This document shows positions 47,901 through 59,114 of a DNA stretch of 64,000 nt, in pieces (the stretch's first letter is position 1; each line of letters opens with the position of its first letter). Below the pieces are notes generated by a model. That model did not search any database. It was not told the DNA's origin and was given only the letters and a program-made list of their open reading frames with translations. The translations under genes were made by a program, and so were the position numbers. This DNA comes from Candidatus Latescibacterota bacterium (GTDB lineage: Bacteria > Latescibacterota > UBA2968), in NCBI GenBank assembly GCA_965207885.1, contig OZ242311.1, forward strand, positions 4,864,001-4,928,000, in the 5' to 3' direction.

Positions 47901-49571
47901 GGGTTCGGGAATCAACAGATTGCGCTCGGGACCAATGGTGGCATCAGCCGAGGTGATGACCTCTTCTTTGAGGGGATCGAGAGGCGGATTGGTCACCTGG
48001 GCAAAGAGCTGTTTGAAGTAGTTGTAGAGCAGGTGTGGTTTGTTGGACAATACCGCCAATGGTGCGTCGTTGCCCATTGATCCGACGGGATCGCGCCCGA
48101 TTTTGGACATGGGACCAACAAAAATTTTGAGGTCTTCAAACGTGTAGCCAAAAGCCTGCTGCCGCATGAGTATTTCAGCGTGATTTGTGGGGGGTGCAAT
48201 GGGCGCGACTGCGGGCAGGTTTTTGAGTGAAATGAGATGGTCGTCGAGCCATTGCTGGTAGGGGTGTTCGGAGACCATTGACTGTTTGACTTCGTCGTCG
48301 GAAATGATGCGGCCCTTTTGGGTATCGACGAGAAGGATGCGACCGGGTTGCAATCGACCTTTGTAAGCGATGCGTTCGGGTTCCAATTCGCAGACGCCCG
48401 CTTCAGAACTGAGGATGAGCAGGTCGTCTTTGGTGACGTAATAACGCGAGGGGCGCAAGCCATTGCGGTCGAGGCAGGCACCTACGATTTCGCCATCGGT
48501 AAAGCCAATAGAAGCCGGACCATCCCAGGGCTCCATAAGACAGGAATGGTATTCGTAGAAGGCGCGCCTTTCGGGGGGCATGCTCTCGTGGTTTTCCCAG
48601 GGTTCGGGAATCATCATGACGGCTGCGTGCGCCATTGAGCGGCCAGATAGAGACAGAAATTCAAAGCAGTTGTCGAAAATTGCGGAATCTGACCCGTCTT
48701 CGTAGAGGATGGGGAATATTTTTTTTATGTCGTCACCCCAAAACTCTGAAGCCAGCATGGCCTGTCGGGTTTTCATCCAGTTTTGATTTCCGCGCAGGGT
48801 GTTGATTTCGCCGTTGTGTATGAGGTAGCGATAGGGGTGCGACCGTTCCCAGGAGGGAAAGGTGTTGGTGGAAAACCGGGAATGCACGAGGACAATCGCG
48901 GCTTCCATGCGGTGATCTTGCAGGTCGGGATAAAATTCGGGTACCTGCATGGGCGTGAGCATGCCTTTGTACACAATGGTGCGCGACGACAAGCTGGGGA
49001 TGTAAAAATTTTCGTCGTGCCCGGTATAGCGGATCGTATTGGTGGCGCGCTTGCGAATGACGTAGAGTTTGCGTTCGAATGCCATGACGTCGGACAAATC
49101 GGCACTGCGACCAATGAAAATTTGCCACACAACGGGTTCACAGGATCTGGAGGTGAGGCCCAGATAGAAGTTGTCGGTGGGCACTTTGCGCCAGCCGAGG
49201 ACTTCCTGCCCTTCTTCTTTGACAATATCCTCGATGATTTGACGCGTTTTTTGGCGGATAGATTGATCCTCGTGATCGGTCATAAAGATCATGCCGACAC
49301 CGTAGTGACCGGGGTCTGGCAGGTCAATGCTGATTCCCTCGCAGGCGTGTTTGAAGAATTGATGTGGAATTTGCATCAAAACACCAGCGCCGTCGCCCGT
49401 GTTGTCTTCGGCACCGCGCGCGCCCCGGTGGTCGAGACAGACCAGGGATTCGAGAGCCATTTTGACGATCTGGTTGGATTTTTCACCTTTGATATTCACG
49501 ACAAATCCAATACCACAGGCGTCGCGTTCGTATTTGGGGTTGTAGAGTCCGTGCTTGCGAGGATATGCCAT
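44997..49571 (-). CDS. gltB: Glutamate synthase large subunit
   Basis: DACGIGF (Ntn Cys), [59 protein letters not shown]-terminal domain. Confidence 0.98.
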   Translation of the reverse strand: MAYPRKHGLYNPKYERDACGIGFVVNIKGEKSNQIVKMALESLVCLDHRGARGAEDNTGDGAGVLMQIPHQFFKHACEGISIDLPDPGHYGVGMIFMTDHEDQSIRQKTRQIIEDIVKEEGQEVLGWRKVPTDNFYLGLTSRSCEPVVWQIFIGRSADLSDVMAFERKLYVIRKRATNTIRYTGHDENFYIPSLSSRTIVYKGMLTPMQVPEFYPDLQDHRMEAAIVLVHSRFSTNTFPSWERSHPYRYLIHNGEINTLRGNQNWMKTRQAMLASEFWGDDIKKIFPILYEDGSDSAIFDNCFEFLSLSGRSMAHAAVMMIPEPWENHESMPPERRAFYEYHSCLMEPWDGPASIGFTDGEIVGACLDRNGLRPSRYYVTKDDLLILSSEAGVCELEPERIAYKGRLQPGRILLVDTQKGRIISDDEVKQSMVSEHPYQQWLDDHLISLKNLPAVAPIAPPTNHAEILMRQQAFGYTFEDLKIFVGPMSKIGRDPVGSMGNDAPLAVLSNKPHLLYNYFKQLFAQVTNPPLDPLKEEVITSADATIGPERNLLIPEPESCRQIHLATPILTNEELEQLRGVDQPGLKATTISMLFDVADGEAGLEKAMHRLCAEADKAIENGYTILILSDRGVDKDHAPIPALLAMSGLHHHLIREGTRTKVGIALETGEPREVHHFCLLIGYGAQAINPYMAYESLADMIAEKQLTDIAYRDAVKGYVKSATKGVVKVMAKMGISTIKSYRGAQIFEAVGISKNVIDQYFTWTDSRIDGIGLDVIAREALMRHRDAYPQISVNGSTLDVGGHFQWRQGGEYHLFNPLTIHKLQHATRTNDYAVYKEYSVLIDQQAKNLATLRGLLDFNYANEPIPLDEVEPVEAITRRFKSGAMSYGSISKEAHEALAIAMNRLGGKSNTGEGGEDPARYTLEPNGDSKNSAIKQVASGRFGVTSNYLVNAKELQIKMAQGAKPGEGGELPGNKVYPWIATVRHSTPGVELISPPPHHDIYSIEDLAQLIHDLKNANHHARINVKLVAEINVGIVAAGVSKGHGDVVLISGLDGGTGASPQTSIKHAGLPWEFGVAETHQTLVLNNLRSRIIVETDGQLKTGRDVIIAALLGAEEFGFATTALVAMGCIMMRVCHLDTCPVGVATQHPELRKKFMGDPDQVVNFLRFIAQNMREIMAQLGVRTIDELIGRTDLLHQAKTDHWKAKYLDLSPILEKPDADPEIGRYCQIEQDHGLENAIDNQILLELCEPALKDGSKVRAKFDIKNTNRVVGTILGSEITRRFGPDGLPEDTIDITFEGSAGQSFAAFTPPGITFRLEGDANDYFGKGLCGSKLIVYPRKGSTFKAEDNIIIGNVSFYGATNGQAFIRGQAGERFCVRNSGVSAVVEGIGDHGCEYMTGGMAVILGKTGRNFAAGMSGGIAYVLDEDGDFHIRCNPELVDLEPVQNDEDIEELKSMITKHADYTESSVAQHILVHWDDMLPKFVKVFPKPYKRILAAYETAQQEGLKGEDAWLEAFRRGVEVEA

Positions 49572-49657
49572 AAAAAATGTTCCTTAATCACATGGCGCGA
49601 AAATGCCAGAACCGCGATCCGGCCCTGGCATTTGAAAACCGGTTGTTTTGTTAGAAG

Positions 49658-49921
49658 CTATTCAAAGGCGACTGCATTGATTTCGATGTACTCCAACCAT
49701 TCGTCCGGCGTGTCTTCTTCGGCGAAGATCGCTTCAACTGGACATTCGGGTTCACAAGCTCCGCAGTCGATGCATTCTTCGGGGTGAATATAGAGCATAT
49801 TGAGACGTTCATCCTCCGGCAAATCGGTTGCGTCGGGTTCGTAGATGCAGTCCACCGGACAGACTTCCACACAGGCCTTGTCCATAACATCAATGCATGG
49901 CTCTGCGATAATATAGGCCAT
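49658..49921 (-). CDS. Dicluster (7Fe-type) ferredoxin
   Basis: [18 protein letters not shown] and [12 protein letters not shown] motifs. Confidence 0.92.
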   Translation of the reverse strand: MAYIIAEPCIDVMDKACVEVCPVDCIYEPDATDLPEDERLNMLYIHPEECIDCGACEPECPVEAIFAEEDTPDEWLEYIEINAVAFE

Positions 49922-50059
49922 TTTTATTTTTCCTTTCCTTTGCTATTGTTCCGACTCATCCGGCGTTGACTTTGCCAAATATACTTATTTGGTTGGCTTT
50001 GTCAAGTATTGTAAGTTAAAATTATGATTGCAGGTACACAAAAGAAGATATTTTACTTT

Positions 50060-50623
50060 TCAGGCCAGATTCTCGAGGAGTGTTGCAACGGACCAATCGC
50101 CCTCTGCGCGAATGTCCAGGGTGAATCGTTGCCTGGTATCTTTTCTGCGTTTGGCAATCACTGCTGAACCGTTGTAAAGCTGGTGTAAAAACGCCTGGAG
50201 ATCGCCATTTATGGCGTTGTGTGTATTTTCGGTGTTGGGGGCATTGAGGCGGTCGTTGAGGATGAGTCTGAGTTCATTTCCTCGAAAAGCGACCGCTTCT
50301 TCTGCTTCAAGACGCTGGCAGATTGCACAGGTTGCACGAACCGCTGAGGACAATTGCTGCGCAAAATTACCTCCGTTGGGTTGCTTGCGGTTGTAGAGCA
50401 GGCCGCGTTTTGCGTCCGTGTCGTCAATGCTGATGTCGTATTCGTGACCGATTAGCAGGGTCACGGGGCCATTGGGTACGTGACTGTAATCGGCTGCATC
50501 GAGCAGCACATCGGATCCATTGTGTGCTGAAATCCAGTTGTTGAAGGTTTTGAACCAGGTCTCAGGCGCGATATTGTGCCCCTGATCGAGATAAAATTTG
50601 ACGCTGATTTTATGGGTTGGCAT
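50060..50623 (-). CDS. Hypothetical protein cotranscribed with the sulfite/nitrite reductase
   Basis: 187 aa, DAADYSHVPNGP..LLIGHE and NDRLNAPN motifs; 9 nt gap after the reductase. Confidence 0.7.
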   Translation of the reverse strand: MPTHKISVKFYLDQGHNIAPETWFKTFNNWISAHNGSDVLLDAADYSHVPNGPVTLLIGHEYDISIDDTDAKRGLLYNRKQPNGGNFAQQLSSAVRATCAICQRLEAEEAVAFRGNELRLILNDRLNAPNTENTHNAINGDLQAFLHQLYNGSAVIAKRRKDTRQRFTLDIRAEGDWSVATLLENLA

Positions 50624-50632
50624 AATTACCTT

Positions 50633-52861
50633 TCAAACCACATTCATTTGACCATAACAGGCATAGGCTTCTTCGATAAAGAGTTGGGCTTCTTCGACGA
50701 CCTGATGGGCAATGTCGCGGGTGTATTCGGCGACTTCCTCTTCGTGAACGCGGAAGAGATAATTGGCAAATTTTGCGCCGGCAAACTGGTTGTAGAACAA
50801 CTCGGTATCGCAAAAGCGCGTGCGAAATTCTTCGACGATGACATCGGCATCTTCTGGTACGTCGAGAAACTGCGTTTTGACCAGTGCTTTGGCGGCGTGC
50901 AACATCGCGCCGAAAGCCGTTTTGTACGCAGCTTCGTAGTCGCCTTCCTCCAGGTAAATCTGCGATTCAAAGGATTCGGTTTCGCAGCCGGATAGTTCAA
51001 ATTGCACCAGTGAAACCACTTCGCCAGCGCATTCGCCTTTGCCCATATCGCCGATGGTAAATTCGCGTGTATCGCCCCAGTCCGTATAGTAGGAGGGGTC
51101 TATTTCGTGCATGGGAACCTGCGTGAGGCCCTGAAGCAGGTCTTTGACGTCTTTTTTTCCGATACGCTGAATATAGGCCTGGAAGCTTTCGTCTTTTTCG
51201 CGGTTTTCAACATAATTGTCGGTGATGCGTTCGATGACGGCCGGAATATTTTTGGAGGGAATAGCGCCCATGGCCAGGCCGTAAGAGGCCGCATTTTCGG
51301 TCCATTGTCCGCCGAGTACGACCTGGAAGTGCGGTACGGTATAGCCATTGATTTTTCGGCTGTTGCCGTAAAACCCGAGATCGGCTACGTGGTGTTGCCC
51401 GCAGGAATTAAAACACCCGCTGATTTTGATGCGGAAGTTTTTGATGGCGTCGTCGAGTTGGAGATTCTGTTGCGCCAATTGCGTTCGCAACTTCGCAGCG
51501 AGACCGCGCGATGAGGAAATGCCCAATTTGCAGGTGTCGGTGCCCGGGCAGGCGGTGACATCGACGATGGTACCAGCTCCTGGTTCAGCTAATTCCAGTT
51601 CACAAAGGTCATTGTAGAGCGAAACGACATCGGATTCGCTGACCCATCGAAGGATGATGTTTTGCTCGACGGTGGCGCGAATGGTGTCTTTGACGTATTT
51701 GCGCGCGATATCGGCGAGGTTTCGCATCTGATCGGATGTGATATCTCCCAGAGGCAGACATATTGTTGCGACCACATAGCCTTCTTGCCGCTGTTTGTAG
51801 ATATTGGTTTCTGCCCAGGCATCAAATGCTTCGGAACGCGCAACCCCATTGAGAGGAGCAGCGATTTTGAGGGGTTCTTCACCGTAGCTGTCCAGGTCGT
51901 CGAGATAGGCTGTCCACGCAGGGTCTTCGGGCAGGATTTTGCGTTCTTCTTCGACAAGGCGAATAAATTCTTCGATGCCGAGCTTGGCGACGAGAAATTT
52001 GATGCGCGCACGGGCGCGATTTGTTTTTTCACCCAGGCGGGCAAACACGCGGCATATTGCCTGCGCTGTGGGCAAAAGCTCTTCGGGAGGCAGAAATTCC
52101 GAGTAGAGTTTGGCCTGGTGGGGCACGGCTCCCAAGCCGCCGCCGACGTAGGTTTCGAACCCGCGTTTGCCGTCTTTGATGCGTGCGATCATGCCCATGT
52201 CGTGCATGCTGGTCAAGCCGCATGCTTCCTGGGCACATCCGGAAAAGGCGATTTTGAATTTGCGACCAAAGTCCTGGCAGTCGGGGTGTCCGAGGAGGAA
52301 TTGGGCGAGGGCATGAGAATACGGCGTGACATCAAATGTTTCGGTGTGACACACGCCCGAAAGCGGACAGGCCGTGACATTGCGGATGGAGTTTCCGCAG
52401 GCTTCTCGGGTGGTAATATCCACGGCGGCGAGGCGGCGCATGAGGTCGGGTGTGTCTTCGATGTGTACGTAGTGAATTTGAATATCCTGGCGCGTGGTGA
52501 TGTGCAAAATGCCGTCAGAATATTCTTCGGCTATGTCGGCCAATACATCCATTTGATCGGTGGTAAGACCGCCATAAGGGATTTTGATGCGCTGCATACC
52601 CGGCGCATCCCAGACCGTGTCCGGCCCTTTGAGAAGATCGCCGCTGGGATAGTGAAGTGGTTTGGTTACCTGGCCGTCAAAGCGTTGCCCATTGTCGTAG
52701 CGCTGGCCGTAAACACCGCGGCGAAGACGGGTTTCTGCAAAGACGCGGTCGTCAATTTGTCCCTGTTTTTTTTGTTCGATCTGCGCTTCAAATGTATCGA
52801 TTTCAGCACTTAGATCTTCCGGGATCAAATCGCGCAATTCTTCTTTCCAATTTGTGGCCAT
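50633..52861 (-). CDS. Ferredoxin-dependent siroheme sulfite/nitrite reductase with C-terminal extension
   Basis: RLRRGVYGQR, HITTRQDIQ, RKFKIAFSGC, ACPGTDTCKLG...SGCFNSCGQH siroheme/[4Fe-4S] motif. Confidence 0.9.
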   Translation of the reverse strand: MATNWKEELRDLIPEDLSAEIDTFEAQIEQKKQGQIDDRVFAETRLRRGVYGQRYDNGQRFDGQVTKPLHYPSGDLLKGPDTVWDAPGMQRIKIPYGGLTTDQMDVLADIAEEYSDGILHITTRQDIQIHYVHIEDTPDLMRRLAAVDITTREACGNSIRNVTACPLSGVCHTETFDVTPYSHALAQFLLGHPDCQDFGRKFKIAFSGCAQEACGLTSMHDMGMIARIKDGKRGFETYVGGGLGAVPHQAKLYSEFLPPEELLPTAQAICRVFARLGEKTNRARARIKFLVAKLGIEEFIRLVEEERKILPEDPAWTAYLDDLDSYGEEPLKIAAPLNGVARSEAFDAWAETNIYKQRQEGYVVATICLPLGDITSDQMRNLADIARKYVKDTIRATVEQNIILRWVSESDVVSLYNDLCELELAEPGAGTIVDVTACPGTDTCKLGISSSRGLAAKLRTQLAQQNLQLDDAIKNFRIKISGCFNSCGQHHVADLGFYGNSRKINGYTVPHFQVVLGGQWTENAASYGLAMGAIPSKNIPAVIERITDNYVENREKDESFQAYIQRIGKKDVKDLLQGLTQVPMHEIDPSYYTDWGDTREFTIGDMGKGECAGEVVSLVQFELSGCETESFESQIYLEEGDYEAAYKTAFGAMLHAAKALVKTQFLDVPEDADVIVEEFRTRFCDTELFYNQFAGAKFANYLFRVHEEEVAEYTRDIAHQVVEEAQLFIEEAYACYGQMNVV

Positions 52862-52972
52862 GATATATCACCTGTAGTTAGGAGATTTTTGGTTGAGCAC
52901 GATCAAAAATGAATTTGAAACTTAGTGTATTATGGGGATTTGTCAAGGGTAAAAGGTAAGACGTGAGAGGTA

Positions 52973-53983
52973 TTATCCCCCGATTTGATACATTTCGATT
53001 TTGCGAGTTGCAGGGGTGTGTTCAGAGCGGATTTCGGAGTAGCGGTCCGCGCGGTGGCGCCATATCTGGATGATCTGGTCGCGGAGGTCGGCGTTGGATG
53101 CGCCTTGTCGCAGGGCATCGCGCAGGTCTGTTCCCTCTGAAGCGAAGAGACAGGTGTAGAGTTTGCCGTCAGTGGATAAGCGGGCGCGCGTACAGTCGCC
53201 ACAAAAGGGCTGCGTGACAGAGGCGATGACGCCGATTTCACCGCCGCCATCGATATAGCGATAGCGTTTTGCGACTTCGCCTATGTAGTTGGAGTCAAGG
53301 GGCTCGAGGGGTAAGACGGTGTGAATGCGATCGATAATTTCTGCTGCAGGTACGACCTGATCCATGTTCCAGTTGTTGCGATTGCCCACGTCCATAAACT
53401 CGATGAATCGCAGGATGTGGCCCGTGTTGTGGAAGTGTTGGGCAAGGTCGATAACGAGGTGGTCGTTGATGCCTTTTTGAACGACTGCGTTGATTTTTAT
53501 GACCTGGAAGCCCGCCTTTTCAGCAGCGCGGATGCCTTCGAGTACTCGCTCGGTGCCATGGGTGCGACCACTCATGAGATTAAAGGTCTGGTCGTCAATC
53601 GCATCGAGGCTCACGGTGAGGCGGTGCAGGCCGGCGTTTTTGAGGCTCTGTGCTTTGGTGCCGAGGAGGTAGCCATTGGTTGTGAGGGTGAGATCTTGAA
53701 CGCCACTGATCTGCGACAGCTTGGCGATGAGGGTTTCGAGGTCTCGACGCAGAAGGGGCTCACCGCCGGTGACCCGGATCTTGGTGACGCCGAGATCGAC
53801 AAAAATTCTGGCGAGGCGGGTGATTTCTTCAAAGGTGAGGATTTCTGCTTTGGGAAGAAATTCGTATTTTTCGCCAAAAATCTCGGCGGGCATGCAATAG
53901 GGGCAGCGGAAATTGCATTTGTCGGTGACCGAAATACGCAGGTCGCGGATGGGGCGTTGCAATGTGTCGAGGAGGTCGGGCAT
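52973..53983 (-). CDS. moaA: GTP 3',8-cyclase (molybdenum cofactor biosynthesis)
   Basis: LRISVTDKCNFRCPYCMP, TGGEPLLR, FCGDCTRARL...LYTCLF, C-terminal IGG. Confidence 0.97.
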   Translation of the reverse strand: MPDLLDTLQRPIRDLRISVTDKCNFRCPYCMPAEIFGEKYEFLPKAEILTFEEITRLARIFVDLGVTKIRVTGGEPLLRRDLETLIAKLSQISGVQDLTLTTNGYLLGTKAQSLKNAGLHRLTVSLDAIDDQTFNLMSGRTHGTERVLEGIRAAEKAGFQVIKINAVVQKGINDHLVIDLAQHFHNTGHILRFIEFMDVGNRNNWNMDQVVPAAEIIDRIHTVLPLEPLDSNYIGEVAKRYRYIDGGGEIGVIASVTQPFCGDCTRARLSTDGKLYTCLFASEGTDLRDALRQGASNADLRDQIIQIWRHRADRYSEIRSEHTPATRKIEMYQIGG

Positions 53984-53993
53984 TTTGAGATTA

Positions 53994-55010
53994 TTAGAAT
54001 TTTAAGATTGTCCACACGGGCACGTGATCCGAAGCCAGGTCACCGCGTATGGTATAGACGATTTCGCCGTCAGAGAAACGGATGCGTGAGCGGGTTCCCT
54101 TCACGGCTTCGGCGTGGGTGAAAATGCCCGATGATTGGACGTGATTCTTCAGGTTTTGGGACACGAGGATTTGGTCAAAAAGGATTGCTTTGACTTTGAC
54201 GTCCCGGGCAAAATTGTGTGGTTTGTCCCGCCATTTGTTGTTTTCTGCGCGCGCACCTGGGACTATGGGTTCGAAGATATCGCTTTCGTTTTTTTCGTAT
54301 ATATCATGGTATCCATAAGAACAATAGTCCCGATCTAACAAGGCTTCGGATGTGTTGTAGAGAAAAGCATCGGGTACCTGGTCAATTCCGGCAAGTGCGT
54401 CGGGATTGCCGGATTCGAGAATGTTGAGCGAACGGTCGTCAGGATTGTCGTTGAAGTCGCCGAGCAATATAATGTGGTCGTATTTCACGCGGCTGGTGAG
54501 ATAATGCATGGTCATGGTCGCGCTGGCTTCTCGGCGCGCGTTGGTTTTGGCGCGACCACCCGATCGCGATTTGGCGTGGTGAACCAGAACAATCAAGCGG
54601 TGGCCATATCCCTCGACATAAGCCTGGAGGAGATCGCGTTTTCGGGGAAATGCCTGGTCGTGTACTTTTTCTGGAAAGACCATTTTGAGGTCGGTAATTT
54701 CAAATGGCTCGCGTACTGCTATGGCGAGTTCCTGGAGTTCTTCGGGATCATCGAGCATGCCGATGGTATAGTTGTCGGGCAAAATGCGCTTGAGCGCGGA
54801 TTTTGATTGGATTTCCTGAAAGCCGATGATGTCCGCATTGAGTTCGTGCACAACTGTTTGCAGGCGTTCCTGACGCGCATTGGAAATGCCATCGTCGAGC
54901 CAATAGATATTGTAAGTCGCGATCTTGATTTCGGCGGGCTGTGGGCCACACGCAAAAAATAAGAGCAGAATCAGGGAGGCGAGATATGTCCTCTTTACTC
55001 GTTTTTGCAT
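53994..55010 (-). CDS. Endonuclease/exonuclease/phosphatase-family lipoprotein
   Basis: Lipobox LFFAC, ATYNI, FQEI, LGDFND, FDQIL, SDHVPV; ATG 55010 after GGAGA. Confidence 0.85.
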   Translation of the reverse strand: MQKRVKRTYLASLILLLFFACGPQPAEIKIATYNIYWLDDGISNARQERLQTVVHELNADIIGFQEIQSKSALKRILPDNYTIGMLDDPEELQELAIAVREPFEITDLKMVFPEKVHDQAFPRKRDLLQAYVEGYGHRLIVLVHHAKSRSGGRAKTNARREASATMTMHYLTSRVKYDHIILLGDFNDNPDDRSLNILESGNPDALAGIDQVPDAFLYNTSEALLDRDYCSYGYHDIYEKNESDIFEPIVPGARAENNKWRDKPHNFARDVKVKAILFDQILVSQNLKNHVQSSGIFTHAEAVKGTRSRIRFSDGEIVYTIRGDLASDHVPVWTILKF

Positions 55011-55068
55011 GCAAATCTCCAAATAGAGTAGGGATAAGGCTATCTGCCCAATAATATACACGATTGCG

Positions 55069-55107
55069 AAAAAAATAAAAGGGCGACGGTATAAACCGCC
55101 GCCCTTT
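55069..55107 (-). terminator. Intrinsic terminator of smc
   Basis: Minus strand AAAGGGCGGCGGT-ttat-ACCGTCGCCCTTTT followed by a T-rich tail. Confidence 0.75.
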
Positions 55108-55128
55108 GTGTTGTCCGAGGTTGGGCAA

Positions 55129-58100
55129 TCAATCATCATCTGCGGGTTGTGCCACGGCTTCGGTGAACGAGTCAACACTATCGACCTGGTTTTCGCTGTC
55201 GCTGGATATTTTGACGGAAACGAGCCTGGAGACGCCGGGTTCTTCCATGGTCACGCCGTGCAGGGTTTCGCCAGATTCCATCGTCCCTTTGTTGTGGGTG
55301 ACAACGATGAACTGCGATTGTTTGGCGAATTTTTGGATGACTTTTACAAAGCGCGCGATATTGGCATCATCAAGAGGCGCATCGACTTCGTCGAGGACGC
55401 AAAAGGGACTGGGTTTGACCAGGTAAATTGCAAAGAGAAGGGCAATAGCCGTCAGGGCGCGTTCGCCGCCCGAAAGCAGATTAATGCTCTGCAGGCGTTT
55501 GCCCCATGGGCGCGCTGTGATGATGATGGGTGCCTCGAGGGGATCTTCGTCGGGGGGCATGGTCAGGTCGGCTTCGCCGCCTTCAAAAAATTCCTGGAAT
55601 GTGGTCTGGAAATTTTCTCGAATGCGGCCAAAGGTATCGAGAAAGCGCTGGCGCGCCGTGCGGTCGATGCGCGTGATGGTGCGCTTGACGATTTCCTCGG
55701 CCTCCAGAAGGTCGTCGCGCTGGTGCGTGAGAAATTCAAGACGTTCTTTTTGAACTTCGTACTCTTCGAGCGCCGCCAGGTTGACAGATCCCATGCGCCG
55801 CATACGCTCTTGCAGTTCGTGGGTCTTTTTTTCTGCCATATCCGCGTTAAATTCGGGATCCTTAAAACGCCCCTGTTCGACAATATCGACTTCGTAATCG
55901 CGCTTGAGGCGTTGGATAATTCCCTCGCCGCGCTCTTTGATATGCGCCATGGCGACTTGAATTTCGCTTAAACGCTCGCGGTGTTGTGTTGTGCGGCGAT
56001 TTTTTTCCCGCAGCTTTTCTTCAATGGCGCGCGCTGCCATCACGATTTCGTGTTGTCTGTGCGCTTGTGCATCGCGTTTGTGCTCAATGCGGGATTGTTG
56101 CTTGTGCAGGACTTCCAGTTCGCCCGACGCTGTTCCGATGTTTTCTTCGCGTCCTTGTTTGCGTTTTTGGCTTTCATCGGCCTCGCCGGACAATCGCTCG
56201 ATTTCGCGGGCAATGGCTTCGCGCTCTCGACCCTGGCGCACAGCTTCGTGTGCGAGGCTTTCGATGCGTTCTTTCAAAGAGGCAATTTCCACGCGCACAG
56301 CAGCGACGCCATCTTGAAGTACGCGCCGCTGGTGTTCTTTTTCGCGCAAGTCTTCATCTGCACGGCGAACCACGTCTTCGAGGGTCTCGCGTTTGACATC
56401 GAGCTTTGTTTGCGCCTCTTCTGCTTGGGAAATCAAATGCATCAATTCGCTTTCTCGCTGTGCGAGTTGTGCGGTTTCCCGGTCGAGTTCTATCACTGAC
56501 TGAGCCTGGCGTTTGGCTTCTGTTTCGGCGTTTTGTCGGTCTCTTTGAAGGCCCGCACGGCGGTTGTGCAAATCGGCCAATGCGTTATCGCAGGCTTCGA
56601 TTTGCGCGAGGTGTTTGTCGAGTGTTTCGAGCGAGCGAGCCAGTTGTGTTTCGCACTTTGAGAGTGCAGTTTGGGCGGATTCTATGGCCGACTGGAGGTC
56701 GTCAATTTGTTGCTGGCGACCAATGAGGCCCGATTCTGAGGTTGCATCTGCACCGCCATATACCGTGCCATCTGCGGAAAAAACTTCGCCGCTGAGTGTC
56801 ACAATTTCAATGCCTCTGTCATGCATGGCACCGCTGTGAACAATCGCGGTTTGTGCATCGCTTACAATCAGGGTATGGCGCAGCAGCGCAGATACGGCAC
56901 CGTGTATATCGCGCTGTGGATTTAACAGATCGCTTGCCAGCCCGACAATCCCCTCTCCTTTGGGTACTTCGCTGTGTACGCCATTGGTAGAGATGATGCG
57001 TTCAAGGGGCAAGAATGCAGCAGCGCCGTGTTCTCCTTGTCTGAGAAAGTCAATGGCCCAACGCGCGTCGTCGGTATTGCTGACGATCAAACATTCCAGT
57101 GCACGTCCCAGCGCGGCTTCAATGGCGGTGACGTATTCGGGTTTGACATCGACCATGTCGGCGACAACGCCCTGAATGCGATTGGAAAAAGGCGAATCCA
57201 CGGCCAGAGCACGCACGCCTTTGGAATAGCCTTCAAAGCCTTCTCTCAGTTTTTGGAGGAGGGCGACCCGCGCCTGATCGGCTTCGATATTTGCGCGCAA
57301 GCGGTTGCGCGATTCGATTTGTTCATCTCGCTGGGCAATACAGCGATCACGACCCGCGATCTGTTGTTGTCGTTCTTCTGTGCGTTGGGCAATTTGACTT
57401 TCAACTGAGGCGATTTGTTCTGCGGACTGATTGGCAGTTTCGTCAGCCTCCTGGCGGCGTGCAGCCACGCGCTCAATATCCTGAGTCAATCGCGCCTTGC
57501 GCTGTACAATGCCTTCGCGCTCGGCCTGCATGCGCTCGAGGCTCTTGCCCTGATCGCTATTTTGGCGCAATAGATCCATCAACTGAGATTTTTGGGCATC
57601 GACTTGTGTGCGCTGTGTGTCCAGATCCCGGATTTCTGCTTCGAGTTTGGCGGTTTTCTCTTCGAGTTTGACTTCTGCGGATTTGAGTCTTTTACCGGCT
57701 TCACGCCCGTCTTGCTCGGCGGCTTTTTGGCCTTTTTGGGCGTTGTCAAGACGCACCTTGAGCGATTTTTGCTGATACTCGGCGCGTTCTAAAAATGCGT
57801 GAATGTTGCGTAACTCTTCGCGTGCAACGAGTATCTCGCTGTCTTTGCCGTGTACGCGCTCGACGTGTTGCGATAGCTCGATATTGGCCTCGGCCAGTGC
57901 GCGATCCTGGTCGGTTAGTTCGACGCGCATTTCTTCGAGTTGGGCCTCGAGAGTGGTCATGTCGGTTTCTGAAATTTCGATATCTTCTTTGAGAAAGACC
58001 ATTTCCTCGCGCAGCGGCCCAGATTGGTCGGCCAGATCGAAGTATTGGAATCTCGCCAGTTTGATTTCGAGGTCGCGCAATTCATCTGACAGTGTTTTAT

Positions 58101-58743
58101 AGAGCCTTGCCTTGCGCTCTTGCCGCTGTAGCGATGCGACCTGACGCTGGATCTCTCCGAGCCAATCTTCCATTCTCTGCAGGTCTTGTTGAACGGCGAT
58201 GAGCCTATTCCACGCGGATCGTCGGCGAATTTTGTACCGCGTCACACCGGCGGCTTCTTCAAAGCACCGGCGGCGTTCTTCGGCATTGTCGCTGATGATT
58301 TCATCCACCATACCCTGTTCGATAACATAAGAAGACTGCGTGCCCAGCCCGGTGTCCATCAGCAAGTTTTGAATGTCTTTCAGGCGGCACGGAATTTTAT
58401 TGAGCAGGTAGTCGCTTTCGCCGGATCGGAACAGACGGCGGGTAATGGTGACTTCGGAAAATTCGGTGGGTAAAACTTTTTGTGAATTATCGAGTGTGAG
58501 CGATACTTCGGCCATACCGAGGGGTTTGCGCGAGCGCGTACCGGAAAAAATTACGTCTCCCATACTGCCGCTACGCAAAGATCGGGGGCGCTGTTCGCCC
58601 AGTGCCCAGCGCAGCGCATCAACCACGTTGGACTTGCCACAACCATTTGGTCCCACGACACATGTAATGCCTTTTTGAAAGGGCATGTCGAGCTTTTGTG
58701 CAAAGGACTTAAAACCCAGTGTTTGCAAACGAGTCAGGTGCAA
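55129..58743 (-). CDS. smc: Chromosome segregation protein SMC
   Basis: GFKSFA, GPNGCGKSN, coiled coils, hinge, LSGGE signature, VLDEVDAPLD, VTH. Confidence 0.97.
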   Translation of the reverse strand: MHLTRLQTLGFKSFAQKLDMPFQKGITCVVGPNGCGKSNVVDALRWALGEQRPRSLRSGSMGDVIFSGTRSRKPLGMAEVSLTLDNSQKVLPTEFSEVTITRRLFRSGESDYLLNKIPCRLKDIQNLLMDTGLGTQSSYVIEQGMVDEIISDNAEERRRCFEEAAGVTRYKIRRRSAWNRLIAVQQDLQRMEDWLGEIQRQVASLQRQERKARLYKTLSDELRDLEIKLARFQYFDLADQSGPLREEMVFLKEDIEISETDMTTLEAQLEEMRVELTDQDRALAEANIELSQHVERVHGKDSEILVAREELRNIHAFLERAEYQQKSLKVRLDNAQKGQKAAEQDGREAGKRLKSAEVKLEEKTAKLEAEIRDLDTQRTQVDAQKSQLMDLLRQNSDQGKSLERMQAEREGIVQRKARLTQDIERVAARRQEADETANQSAEQIASVESQIAQRTEERQQQIAGRDRCIAQRDEQIESRNRLRANIEADQARVALLQKLREGFEGYSKGVRALAVDSPFSNRIQGVVADMVDVKPEYVTAIEAALGRALECLIVSNTDDARWAIDFLRQGEHGAAAFLPLERIISTNGVHSEVPKGEGIVGLASDLLNPQRDIHGAVSALLRHTLIVSDAQTAIVHSGAMHDRGIEIVTLSGEVFSADGTVYGGADATSESGLIGRQQQIDDLQSAIESAQTALSKCETQLARSLETLDKHLAQIEACDNALADLHNRRAGLQRDRQNAETEAKRQAQSVIELDRETAQLAQRESELMHLISQAEEAQTKLDVKRETLEDVVRRADEDLREKEHQRRVLQDGVAAVRVEIASLKERIESLAHEAVRQGREREAIAREIERLSGEADESQKRKQGREENIGTASGELEVLHKQQSRIEHKRDAQAHRQHEIVMAARAIEEKLREKNRRTTQHRERLSEIQVAMAHIKERGEGIIQRLKRDYEVDIVEQGRFKDPEFNADMAEKKTHELQERMRRMGSVNLAALEEYEVQKERLEFLTHQRDDLLEAEEIVKRTITRIDRTARQRFLDTFGRIRENFQTTFQEFFEGGEADLTMPPDEDPLEAPIIITARPWGKRLQSINLLSGGERALTAIALLFAIYLVKPSPFCVLDEVDAPLDDANIARFVKVIQKFAKQSQFIVVTHNKGTMESGETLHGVTMEEPGVSRLVSVKISSDSENQVDSVDSFTEAVAQPADDD

Positions 58744-58944
58744 TGAAAACCTCCTACTCGAATTTTTCTAAGAGCATAAGACGCGAAAAAACAAGGAGAT
58801 GTAGTAATAAAAGTCAGGACATCTGCGTGTCAAAACTCAATGGGGAAAATAGAGGACGCTCTTTGGACTGCATTTACAAACAACAGCCCGGGGGGAGATT
58901 CGGGGAACTACATTTTGTGGAGGGGAAGGTTGTTACACGCCGCT

Positions 58945-58973
58945 ATAATACTATATCTTGTGGCAGTCGTCAA
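58945..58973 (-). promoter_or_regulatory. Candidate sigma70 promoter for smc
   Basis: TTGACG-17 nt-TATTAT on the minus strand. Confidence 0.45.
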
Positions 58974-59035
58974 GGGTAAAAAACGGGGCAGTCCCCCCTG
59001 TGTTCGTCCATTGAAGTGGTGGGGTTCTTTGGCGA

Positions 59036-59064
59036 TTGACATTATCTCATGGGCAATCTAATTT
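59036..59064 (+). promoter_or_regulatory. Candidate sigma70 promoter for the catabolic operon
   Basis: TTGACA-17 nt-TAATTT, about 50 nt before the AGGAG-preceded ATG. Confidence 0.5.
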
Positions 59065-59114
59065 AGGCATGGTGTTTCGCACTGAGCAGCACTTTCACAG
59101 AATAGGAGTTTTTT

